A program made the position numbers and the translations under genes. Of a stretch of DNA of 64,000 nt, positions 20,217-28,058 are shown in pieces. Under the pieces are notes generated by a model. That model ran no database searches and had not been told where the DNA came from. It worked only from the letters and a program-made list of their open reading frames with translations. Numbering within the stretch: the first letter of the stretch is position 1; every line of letters starts with the position of its first letter. Source of the DNA: Archangium sp. (GTDB lineage: Bacteria > Myxococcota > Myxococcia > Myxococcales > Myxococcaceae); NCBI GenBank assembly GCA_031412555.1, contig JANODF010000069.1:1608-65607 (forward strand), read 5' to 3'.

Positions 20217-21671
20217 ATGGGACTGCGCGGCCGACTGCTGCTCGCGTTCCTCATCCCCACCCTGCTCGTGCTCTCGCTCGGGGGCTTCGGGCTGTATCGC
20301 GCCAGCCGCAACGTGCTCGAAGAAGAGCTCGGCCGCGCGCTCTCGGGCATCGCGGCCACCGTGTCGGCAGAGCTCAAGGGCGAACGGGTGCTCTCGGTAG
20401 AAGCGGCCGACGCGCAAGGTGAAGGCAGCCGCACCTGGCGTTCGTTGACCGCGCAGCTGACCGAGGTGAAGCAACGCACCGGCGTGAGGCGGATCCTGGT
20501 GGTCGACGCCGAGCGCCGCGCGCGGCTCGACGTGGGCGGCTCGTTGACGCCCATGACCGAAGCAACGGAGCTCCTGCGTGATGGCCTCGAGATTCAGCGC
20601 GTGCTCGGTGGTGAACTCGCCTCGAGCCAGGTGATGTTCGAAGGCACGGATGGGCGGCTCTACAAGACGGGCTACGCGCCGTTGTTCTCCGACGGCAAGG
20701 TGGTGGGCCTCATCGCCATCGAAGGCAGCGCCGCCTTCTTTGGTCCGCTCACGCGACTGCTCAATGCCTTCGTGGGGCTGGCGGCGTTGACGTTGTTGTT
20801 GCTGGCGATCACCGCGGTCATCTCGGCTCGCGGGCTCTCACGGCCTCTGGAGCGGCTCGTCTCGGCGGCGCTGCGCATCGGCGGGGGCGACTTGTCCACC
20901 CCGGTCGCGAGCGAAGACACGCTGGAGATCGGCATCCTCGCGCGTGAGCTGGAGGCGATGCGTCAGGCGCTGGAGAGCCGCGATCGCCAGCTCAAGCTGA
21001 TGCTCGGCGGCGTGGCGCATGAAGTGAAGAACCCACTCGGGGGGATCGAACTCTTCGCGGGGCTGCTCGACGAAGAGCTCATCGGCAAGGCGCCGGACAT
21101 CGAGGAAGCCCGCTCTCACCTCACCAAAATCCGGCGCGAGCTGAACTACCTGAAGCGCATCGTGGAGGATTTTCTCTCCTTCGCGAAGGAGCAGAAGCTG
21201 CAGGTCGCTCCGCTCGACGCGCAGGCGCTGCTCGAGTCGGCGGCGCAGCACTTGAGTGGTGAAGCAGAAGGCAAGTCGGTCACCCTCGACGTCGAAGCGG
21301 AGAAGGCGACCATCTCAGGTGACGTGAGCCTGCTCACCAGCGCGCTGGTGAACTTGATCAAGAACGCGGTGCAGATCTCCACCGCGGGTCAACGGGTGAC
21401 GCTGCGCGGGAAGACCGACGCGGCGCAGTACACCTTCGAGGTGAAAGACGAAGGGCCCGGTATCGCCAGTGAGCTGCAGGCGCGCATCTTCGAGCCGTTC
21501 TTCACCACGCGTGAAAAGGGCACGGGGCTGGGTTTGCCTCTCGCGCGCAAACTCGTCGAAGCGCACGGCGGCACGCTGACCATCGACTCGAAGCCGGGAC
21601 AGACGCTCTTCCGCCTGCGTCTCCCTCTCCCTGCGAAGCGGGGAGAGGGTCGGGGTGAGGGGCTTACTTAA
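20217..21671 (+). CDS. Sensor histidine kinase (periplasmic sensor, HAMP, HisKA, HATPase_c)
   Basis: Two TM segments are followed by a HAMP-like region. The H-box is GGVAHEVKNPLGGI, the N-box LIKNAVQ, and the G-boxes DEGPGI and GTGLGL. The last ~16 codons run through a REP-like element. Confidence 0.85.
   Translation: MGLRGRLLLAFLIPTLLVLSLGGFGLYRASRNVLEEELGRALSGIAATVSAELKGERVLSVEAADAQGEGSRTWRSLTAQLTEVKQRTGVRRILVVDAERRARLDVGGSLTPMTEATELLRDGLEIQRVLGGELASSQVMFEGTDGRLYKTGYAPLFSDGKVVGLIAIEGSAAFFGPLTRLLNAFVGLAALTLLLLAITAVISARGLSRPLERLVSAALRIGGGDLSTPVASEDTLEIGILARELEAMRQALESRDRQLKLMLGGVAHEVKNPLGGIELFAGLLDEELIGKAPDIEEARSHLTKIRRELNYLKRIVEDFLSFAKEQKLQVAPLDAQALLESAAQHLSGEAEGKSVTLDVEAEKATISGDVSLLTSALVNLIKNAVQISTAGQRVTLRGKTDAAQYTFEVKDEGPGIASELQARIFEPFFTTREKGTGLGLPLARKLVEAHGGTLTIDSKPGQTLFRLRLPLPAKRGEGRGEGLT
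21621..21662 (-). repeat. REP-like GC-rich palindromic element, copy 1
   Basis: ctccctctccc-tgcgaagc-ggggagaggg forms the stem-loop, followed by tcggggtgagggg. The reverse complement fits the family consensus CCCTCACCCyGACCCTCTCCC-loop-GGGAGAGGG. It lies between convergent genes and is read through by the HK ORF tail. Confidence 0.8.
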
Positions 21672-22563
21672 AAGTCCAGTGCCACGGCTCACCGCGCACG
21701 TCATTCACGAACCCGTAGTTGCGCGCGTTGTTCTGCAGCCACCGGTAGGTCGAACTGCCGTAGCCACCGGGCACGCTCAAGTCGGCCGAAGTGCCGCCCT
21801 GGTGATTCGAGTACCCCGGGCGCGCCGCGAGGTTTCCGCGGCCCTGGAGGTACAGATTGTAGAGGTGCTGCTGCTCGGCCATCGTGCGGAAGCCCGAGAC
21901 CACCGAGAGGTTGATGCCCGCGCGCGCTGCAGCGGCCTTCATGCGGTTGAACGCGTTGGCCGCGTCAGTGCGCATGAACTTGCCGTTGCCCACGCTGGAG
22001 ACGGTGATGCTGCGCGCCTGGCCGTTGACGTAGCCGTTGACGCGCGCGCCGCCGGTCGCGGGAGGCGGGTTGTTCACCGCGCCGCCGTTGAGCTTCGCCC
22101 AGGTCGCAGGGCCGACCACGCCGTCGACGCCCAGACCCTTCGCGCGCTGGAAAGAGCGAACCGCGTCGGCCGTGCGCGGGCCGAAATCACCGTCGACCGA
22201 GACGTTGTAGCCGTGCGCGCGCAGGCGGTTCTGCAGGTTGTTGACGGCCGCCCCACGAGCGCCGAGGCGCAGCGTGGGCGTCGCACCACCCGAGGAGGGA
22301 GGCGCCGGGTTCGCCGCGTTCAGCTTCGCCCAGGTGTTCGGCCCGACCACGCCGTCGACCCCGAGCCCACGCGACTGCTGAAACGCGCGCACAGCGGCGG
22401 TCGTGCGCGGGCCGAAGTCACCATCGACGGTGACGTTGAAGCCCTTGGCCTTCAGCTTCTGCTGCAGCTGAGTGACCGCAGCGCCCCGTGAGCCCTGGCG
22501 CAGCGTCGGAGTGGAAGTGAGAGAACGGGTCTGCGTGCTGCGGACTGCGCTGATCGCCGGCAT
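21664..22563 (-). CDS. Peptidoglycan-binding (3 x PG_binding_1) D-alanyl-D-alanine carboxypeptidase, peptidase M15 (VanY-like)
   Basis: Three repeats of the type LRQGSRGAAVTQLQQKLKAKGFNVTVDGDFGPRTTAAVRAFQ are present. The C-terminal motifs are SGFRT, SNHQGGTSADL and GEPWHW. Confidence 0.85.
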   Translation of the reverse strand: MPAISAVRSTQTRSLTSTPTLRQGSRGAAVTQLQQKLKAKGFNVTVDGDFGPRTTAAVRAFQQSRGLGVDGVVGPNTWAKLNAANPAPPSSGGATPTLRLGARGAAVNNLQNRLRAHGYNVSVDGDFGPRTADAVRSFQRAKGLGVDGVVGPATWAKLNGGAVNNPPPATGGARVNGYVNGQARSITVSSVGNGKFMRTDAANAFNRMKAAAARAGINLSVVSGFRTMAEQQHLYNLYLQGRGNLAARPGYSNHQGGTSADLSVPGGYGSSTYRWLQNNARNYGFVNDVRGEPWHWTFK

Positions 22564-22678
22564 GTGTGCCTCCAGAATCCCTTTGTGTACTGATTCTCAC
22601 GCTCCGGTTTTTCCGAGTTGCTTGCGGAAATCAGCGTGAGTGCGGGGCTTTGGAATTCAACGATCTTTACGGCTCAGC

Positions 22679-23917
22679 TCAATTGATCTCCGGGATTCCC
22701 GCATCCGAGGGCCACTCGAAGCCGCCGTCGCTCGTCTCGATGATGCCCGCGTCGAGCCCGCCACCGGGGCCGCGTTCGGTCAACGAATCATCGGGGCAGC
22801 CGTAGATGATCGACACGCGCGCCCCGGGGCGCTCGCTGACGATGTCGCAGGCGGGGCCGTAGAGCGTCACCCGGTTGCCGGCGGCCTGGTAGTCCCAGCC
22901 CGACACGCGCGCGGGATCTCGCGGAAAGAACTGCCCGTCGACGGCCACGTACAACTTGCCCGGGTTGGGCGGCGTGGAGGTCAGCGTGAAGTCGCAGCTC
23001 GCCGCACCCGAAGCGATGGCGGAGAGCGCCGCTTCGAGGTCGACCGGGTTGTCGGCCTGGAAGTAGCGCGGCGTGGTGGCGCGCGCGGTGCCGCCGCGAA
23101 TCGCCATCTGGGTGAGCCGCAGCTCGTCGACGTCACTGCCGAAGCCCACGCTGTACGTGCGCACGCCGCGGGAGAAGAGGCCTTCGACTTCAGCCACCGG
23201 CGCGCCGCCACAATTCTCCATGCCGTCGGTGATCAACAGCACGTAGTTGGCGCGCGTGGTGTCGGTCAGCTCACCCGAGGTCGCCGCCACGTGAAGCGCG
23301 CCGCCGATGGGCGTGGAGTTGCCCTGCGCCTGCGCCGGCAACGCAGTGGAGATCGCGCTCGAGGTCGAGACGCCGACCGGCACGTTGATCCGCCCGGGGT
23401 TGCACTGCGAGCTCTGCAAGGAGAACAGCTGCAGCCCGAAACGCAGCTTGTCGTTGCCGGCGTTCCGCGCGGTGACGTTGCGCACCGCGGTGGTGGCGGT
23501 CTCCCACTTGGAGCGGGTGTTGGCGATCACCTCCTGCATCGAGCACGAGTGATCGAGCACGATGAGAATGTTCGCTTCGGTCGCCGTCGCTTCGAACTTC
23601 TGCCCGCCGCAGCTCACCGGGCCCGCATCGGCTTGCGTGCTGCCGCTGCCTGTCATGCAGGTGCCACCCGGCGCGCAGATCTGCCCGGCCGCGCAATCGG
23701 CCGACACCGAACAACCGGTCGCGGCGCTGACACACACCCCACGCGAATTGCAGCTCTGGCCTCCCCCGCACTGCGCCACGGTCTGGCAGGCGGTCAGGCA
23801 GATGCCCGACGGCACGCAGACCTGCCCCGAGCCACATGGCGTGTTCTCAGTGCAGCGCGGCGGGCTGCAAGCAGAGAGCAGAGCGCCGACGGACAGACAC
23901 AGCAGGAGCGCGCGCAT
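22679..23917 (-). CDS. Secreted Cys-rich von Willebrand factor A (vWA) lipoprotein
   Basis: Lies in the frame of ORF 22679..24160. ATG at 23917 gives MRALLLCLSVGALLSAC (lipobox). Three GxxC/CxxGxC-type Cys modules follow, then a vWA domain with MIDAS DHSCS (NILIVLDHSCSM) and LLITDGMENCGG. Confidence 0.8.
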   Translation of the reverse strand: MRALLLCLSVGALLSACSPPRCTENTPCGSGQVCVPSGICLTACQTVAQCGGGQSCNSRGVCVSAATGCSVSADCAAGQICAPGGTCMTGSGSTQADAGPVSCGGQKFEATATEANILIVLDHSCSMQEVIANTRSKWETATTAVRNVTARNAGNDKLRFGLQLFSLQSSQCNPGRINVPVGVSTSSAISTALPAQAQGNSTPIGGALHVAATSGELTDTTRANYVLLITDGMENCGGAPVAEVEGLFSRGVRTYSVGFGSDVDELRLTQMAIRGGTARATTPRYFQADNPVDLEAALSAIASGAASCDFTLTSTPPNPGKLYVAVDGQFFPRDPARVSGWDYQAAGNRVTLYGPACDIVSERPGARVSIIYGCPDDSLTERGPGGGLDAGIIETSDGGFEWPSDAGIPEIN

Positions 23918-23925
23918 GGAGGAGC

Positions 23926-24624
23926 TCAAAGCTGGGTGGCCATCGCGAAAGCGACGACGAAGAAGGCACACGCCGCAGCAGCCCATGCATCGAAGCGCAG
24001 CGGACCCGGGGCGCTGGCTTCTTCGACTTCCTCTTCGTCTTCTTCCTCGTCGACCTCCGGCACGACCACGAAGCTCGGCTTGCGCAGCACCGGCACCGGC
24101 GCGAGGGAGGACCAACGGAGGATCGAAGCGCGCGACGGCTCGAGCTCGAGCGACTCGCACACGTCGGCGAGCATGCCTTCGATGACGCGCAGGGAGTGCG
24201 GGCGGCGTGCCGGATCGCGATCGAGCATCAACGAGAGCAGCCCTTCGATGGTCTCGTCGACGCCCGGGTTGATGCGCGAAGCCGGAGGCGCGTCGTGCAG
24301 CGGCGAGACGGCCAGGCGCGCGCGGGCCTGGTTGGGCGTGAGGCCGGTGAACAATTGGTAGAGCACCGCGCCCACCGCGAAGGTGTCGGTGGCGGGATCA
24401 GCGCCTTCGAGGGCGGGCGCGGTGATGGCGATCGAACCATCGCGATCGACGACGAGATCCGCCGGAGAGAGCCGGCCGAAGGTGCGGCGCTGCTGGTGCG
24501 CGGTGGCGACCGCTTCGACGATCTCCACCGAGAGTGAGAGCGCGAGGTCGAGCGGCAAGCGCTCCGCAGTGAGCCGGGAAGCCAGCGTGGTCGAGACGGT
24601 CTGCGAAACGAATCGTCGGTTCAT
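23926..24624 (-). CDS. Truncated kinase-like protein (C-lobe-only pseudokinase) with acidic linker and C-terminal TM anchor
   Basis: Lies in the frame of ORF 23926..24957. ATG at 24624 is chosen because the upstream part is a REP-like element and overlaps ung. There is no Gly-loop or VAIK Lys. The HRDLKPxN position reads FGRLSPAD and the DFG position reads ITA. The C-lobe pattern DTFAVGAVLYQLFTG...LLSLMLDRDPARRP is kept. EVDEEEDEEEVEE and the TM segment AAAACAFFVVAFAMA follow. Confidence 0.65.
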   Translation of the reverse strand: MNRRFVSQTVSTTLASRLTAERLPLDLALSLSVEIVEAVATAHQQRRTFGRLSPADLVVDRDGSIAITAPALEGADPATDTFAVGAVLYQLFTGLTPNQARARLAVSPLHDAPPASRINPGVDETIEGLLSLMLDRDPARRPHSLRVIEGMLADVCESLELEPSRASILRWSSLAPVPVLRKPSFVVVPEVDEEEDEEEVEEASAPGPLRFDAWAAAACAFFVVAFAMATQL

Positions 24625-24729
24625 GCAGCGTGGCAAAGCAGGCGGCGGGCCAGCGCCAAGCGGCCGGATCAACGGCTTTTGCAGCGACGTTGGCAGCAAC
24701 CTGTCGTGCTCAGGTGGAGCATGCGCACT

Positions 24730-24774
24730 CCCCTCTCCCTTCGGGCCCTTCGGGAGAGGGTCAGCGTGAGGGCG
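24730..24774 (-). repeat. REP-like element, copy 2
   Basis: cccctctccc-ttcgggcccttc-gggagaggg-tcagcgtgagggcg, in the divergent intergenic region between the pseudokinase gene and ung. Confidence 0.75.
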
Positions 24775-24796
24775 CAAACCTGCTATCCGCCAATAC

Positions 24797-25465
24797 ATGT
24801 CGCTCCCCGAGCTCGTCCCCCAGGCGTGGAAGGCCCCGTTGTTCGAAGCCACCTCGGCCAGCTCGTTCACCGAGCTGAGCAACTTCCTCGATGAGGAATG
24901 GAACACGCAGGTCGTCTTCCCGCCCAAGCCGCAGGTCTTCGCCGCGCTCGAGCTCACGCCGCCCGAAGCGGTGCGCGTGGTGCTGCTCGGCCAGGACCCC
25001 TACCCGACCGCCGGCAACGCGAACGGCCTCGCCTTCTCCGTCACCAGAGAGGTGAAGATCCCCGCCTCGCTCAAGAACGTCTTCCTCGGTCTGCAAGCGG
25101 ATCTCGGGTTGCCCCTGCCGTCGAACGGAGATCTCACGCCGTGGGCACGACGCGGCGTGCTGCTCCTCAACGCGGTGCTCACGGTGCGGGAGAAGACGCC
25201 GCAATCGCACCAGAAGAAGGGGTGGGAAGCCTTCACCACCGCCGTGCTCCGTCACGTCGCGAGCTCACCGCACAAGGTGGTCTTCCTCTGCTTCGGCAAA
25301 CCCGCGCTCAAGCTGGTCGAGTCGCTCGGTACGCACCACCCCATCGTCGCGGCGCCCCACCCTTCTCCGCTCAACGGGCGCGCGTTCGTCGACGCGGTGA
25401 CGAAGGACAAGCTCTTCACGAAGGTCAACTCGCTGCTCGAGGCGCCGATCGACTGGAGCCTCTGA
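24797..25465 (+). CDS. ung: Uracil-DNA glycosylase, family 1
   Basis: Motifs VVLLGQDPYP, GLAFSV, LLLNAVLTV and HPSPLN are present; length is 222 aa. Confidence 0.9.
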   Translation: MSLPELVPQAWKAPLFEATSASSFTELSNFLDEEWNTQVVFPPKPQVFAALELTPPEAVRVVLLGQDPYPTAGNANGLAFSVTREVKIPASLKNVFLGLQADLGLPLPSNGDLTPWARRGVLLLNAVLTVREKTPQSHQKKGWEAFTTAVLRHVASSPHKVVFLCFGKPALKLVESLGTHHPIVAAPHPSPLNGRAFVDAVTKDKLFTKVNSLLEAPIDWSL

Positions 25466-25467
25466 GG

Positions 25468-26205
25468 GTGCCTCGCGACTTCAAGTGCTTCACCGATGCG
25501 GGGTTTCAGCTGATCTTCGACCCCGGCGCGGTGAAGTCGCTCGCGGCCCAGAAGGAGTCGACGTGGTTCGACTCGCTCGAGGCCGAGGTGAAAGCAGGTC
25601 ACCTCACCGCGCGTGCATTCGGAGATGGTGAAGCCTTCTTCCGCGTGTTCCTCGAAGGCGAAGTGGTGCCGCGCTCGATGGAAAAACGCGCCGGCACCAC
25701 GGTGAAGGGTCTGCTCGAAGTGCCCACGGGCCAAATCTGCTTCGCGCCGTTCGAGCACCTCGCGCGCGCGCCCGAGCAGGTGCTGGAGGTCACGCCTGGC
25801 CGCTACGAGATCACCCTGCGCGAGATGCAGTGGGGCGAGCTGGTCGAAGCGATGGCTGAACGCGCCGCACGCAAGACGAGCCCGTCAGGCTCGAAAGCGA
25901 GCGAAGTGCTCGGGTTGCTCACCGGCTCGCTCGTGCTGCTCACCGGCATCGGCGGCATCGCGTCACTGGTGGGCGTGCTCAACTCGGGGTGGAGCGCGTG
26001 GTCGGCGGCGTGGCCCTGGCTACTCGGTGCGTCCGCAGTGTTCGGTGTGCTGACGCTGCTGTGGAAAGCCTGGCCGGGTGCGCGCGAGGCGTTGGCGGCG
26101 CAGCAGGCGGTGCAGGATCGCTTTCCCACCACCCTCGTCATTCTTCGGAAGCTGGGCGATGGTGCAGGTCCGAGCACCGGCCGGATGCTCGACGATCACG
26201 TGTGA
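25468..26205 (+). CDS. Hypothetical membrane protein
   Basis: Lies in the frame of ORF 24898..26205, but the upstream part overlaps ung in another frame. GTG at 25468 lies 2 nt after the ung stop. A soluble N-domain is followed by two C-terminal TM helices. Confidence 0.55.
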   Translation: MPRDFKCFTDAGFQLIFDPGAVKSLAAQKESTWFDSLEAEVKAGHLTARAFGDGEAFFRVFLEGEVVPRSMEKRAGTTVKGLLEVPTGQICFAPFEHLARAPEQVLEVTPGRYEITLREMQWGELVEAMAERAARKTSPSGSKASEVLGLLTGSLVLLTGIGGIASLVGVLNSGWSAWSAAWPWLLGASAVFGVLTLLWKAWPGAREALAAQQAVQDRFPTTLVILRKLGDGAGPSTGRMLDDHV

Positions 26206-26213
26206 GGGCGGGA

Positions 26214-26705
26214 ATGAGAACAATCGGATTCGTCGTGGTGGCCGTGCTCGCGTTTGCAGGTCGCAGCGAGGCCTCGTGCGTGGACGTCGGCGCACGCTGC
26301 TTCTGCCAGGGCTATGCGCAGGTCGGCATCGTGGTGACCGAGGCCGTCGACGGCGGCACGGCGACCTTGCGTGTGGAATCGGCGCAGACCGGCCTCGACG
26401 GTGGGTTCACCAGACCGCAGCAGCCTGGCGACGTGGTGGGAGCGCGGTGGCTTCTCCTCGACGAAGAGCGGCGGGCCATCAACGCGGAAGGTCTGGTGGG
26501 CTGTCCTTTTTTCCAGCTGCCGAGCACCCTGCCCGCCATCGAGGTCGCTCGCGCCGCCGTGAGCCCTGACTGCCGCGCAGAACTCGACGGAATCGGTTTC
26601 TCGAATCCGCCCTGCAACGACACCGGCCGGTGCAGCACCTCACCGCTGATGATGCCGCTGCTGGCGCTGTGCTGGTTTCTGCGAAGGCGCTTCAGCTCCC
26701 GTTGA
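26214..26705 (+). CDS. Small secreted Cys-containing protein with MYXO-CTERM-like sorting tail
   Basis: ATG at 26214 gives MRTIGFVVVAVLAFAGRSEA (signal peptide). The C-terminus ...CNDTGRCSTSPLMMPLLALCWFLRRRFSSR has Cys, a hydrophobic stretch and an Arg cluster. Confidence 0.65.
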   Translation: MRTIGFVVVAVLAFAGRSEASCVDVGARCFCQGYAQVGIVVTEAVDGGTATLRVESAQTGLDGGFTRPQQPGDVVGARWLLLDEERRAINAEGLVGCPFFQLPSTLPAIEVARAAVSPDCRAELDGIGFSNPPCNDTGRCSTSPLMMPLLALCWFLRRRFSSR

Positions 26706-27507
26706 TGAGCTGACGGAACAGGCCGAGGGCCGTTCCGCCGAGCACGTCACCGAGGCCGACCTTGCCGGGCACCACGGGGGGCGACCAGCTCTGCGGAATC
26801 CGGCCGTCGACGAAGAGCTGCTTGGCGTCTTCGCGCGTGAAGTAGCGCGAGCCATCAGCAGCGTGGCGGCCGAAGACGTTGAGCACGATGGTCATCTCGG
26901 CGATCTGCGTCACGCGCCCCTGGAGGCCGGGATCCTCCTTGGCGAAGTGCTCCGCGGCGTCAGCGAGATCCTTGGCGGTCAGGGTCTCGCCGTTCTTGCT
27001 GAACTTCATCAGCAGCTCGAAACGCTCCGGGTGCACGCCGTTCTGGCGGATGCCGCTGCTGCCGGTGTGATCGAGGTTGCTGCCGTTGAGCTTGAAGAGG
27101 TTGAACTGGCCCTTCACGTCGTCGGTCTTGTCAGCGCCGTTGGTGAGCACCTTGCGCACCGTGGCCGAGGGACCGAGCTGGCTCAGCGCCCGCTCGAGAT
27201 CGGGGATCTTCACGGTGCCGTCCTTCTCGACCTTGAGCATGCCCGCGTTGAACATGCCCGCGAGCGCCGGGCAGGGGATCTTCTTCGACAGCGCCGCCTT
27301 CTCGTCGGGAGAGAACGGGCTCTCCACTTTGGTGGGCGCGGTGGAGCCACCTTCGAGGTCGGTCGGGGCCGCACCGGATCCAGCGCGGAAGGCCTCCGTC
27401 GAGAGGGCAACACCCGCGGTGGCGAGCGCGGCGGCTCCCGTGGGCTTACTGGTCGGGACCGACTGCGTGCTCGGTACGGCCTTGGGCGTCGAGGGAGGAA
27501 TCTTCAT
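26692..27507 (-). CDS. Protein resembling the heme-thiolate peroxidase family (chloroperoxidase / unspecific peroxygenase, Peroxidase_2-like)
   Basis: ATG at 27507 (MKIPPS...). Motifs occur in family order: IPCPALAGMFNAGML (compare PCPxLNxLAxHGxL), NLDHTGSSGIR (compare EHDxSxxR), and QLFVDGRIP (compare LFVDGR in the Agrocybe peroxygenase as I recall it). This is a motif-level call only. Confidence 0.4.
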   Translation of the reverse strand: MKIPPSTPKAVPSTQSVPTSKPTGAAALATAGVALSTEAFRAGSGAAPTDLEGGSTAPTKVESPFSPDEKAALSKKIPCPALAGMFNAGMLKVEKDGTVKIPDLERALSQLGPSATVRKVLTNGADKTDDVKGQFNLFKLNGSNLDHTGSSGIRQNGVHPERFELLMKFSKNGETLTAKDLADAAEHFAKEDPGLQGRVTQIAEMTIVLNVFGRHAADGSRYFTREDAKQLFVDGRIPQSWSPPVVPGKVGLGDVLGGTALGLFRQLINGS

Positions 27508-27518
27508 GGGCCGACAAG

Positions 27519-28058
27519 CTAGCGCAGGAGAGGTGCCCAGTGTCCACCCGCGTCGTGCGTCTCGTAGACGCGTGTTCCGAGCGGAACGCCGCAATCGCCG
27601 CAGTCATCGAGCGCGACTTTGAGGATCCACTGCTTCGTGGTCTTCAGCTCGAGCGAACGAAACGTGGCGAGGTAGTGCGGCTTCTTCACCGCGGGCAGCC
27701 GCACCCAGCTCTTCCCCGCATCGTGGGTGACCAGGAGCAGCAGCTCGTCGCCGCTCGATTCGACCTGCCAGTCGAGAACCCCAACCCAGAGTGCCGGCTT
27801 CTTCGCAAAGACCAGCCCCACCCAGCCGTGGCCGGCGGTCTCGTCGGGTGATGCGGTGAGGTCGAGGCGCTCGAAGTGGCCGTCCACGAAGACCAGCGGC
27901 ACGGAGCTGAGCGGGTCGTGCAGGTTGCAGACGCGCAGGCCGGCCGCGGTGAACGTGCCCGCGGTGCACTCGCCGTCGGCTTTGCGTTGCGGAACCCTGG
28001 CTTGAGCCAGTGCTGTCGTGCTCAACAACACCACCAGCAGCAGCACGGCTCGCTTCAT
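27519..28058 (-). CDS. Secreted hypothetical protein with BNR/Asp-box-like motifs
   Basis: Signal peptide MKRAVLLLVVLLSTTALAQA. Two Asp-box-like motifs are present: THDAGKSW and THDAGGHW. Confidence 0.6.
   Translation of the reverse strand: MKRAVLLLVVLLSTTALAQARVPQRKADGECTAGTFTAAGLRVCNLHDPLSSVPLVFVDGHFERLDLTASPDETAGHGWVGLVFAKKPALWVGVLDWQVESSGDELLLLVTHDAGKSWVRLPAVKKPHYLATFRSLELKTTKQWILKVALDDCGDCGVPLGTRVYETHDAGGHWAPLLR

Noticed and set aside
24898-25467. Upstream 190 codons of ORF 24898..26205.
   Set aside because: This part overlaps ung (24797..25465) in another frame and is Arg/Ala-rich. The plausible protein begins at GTG 25468, just after the ung stop.
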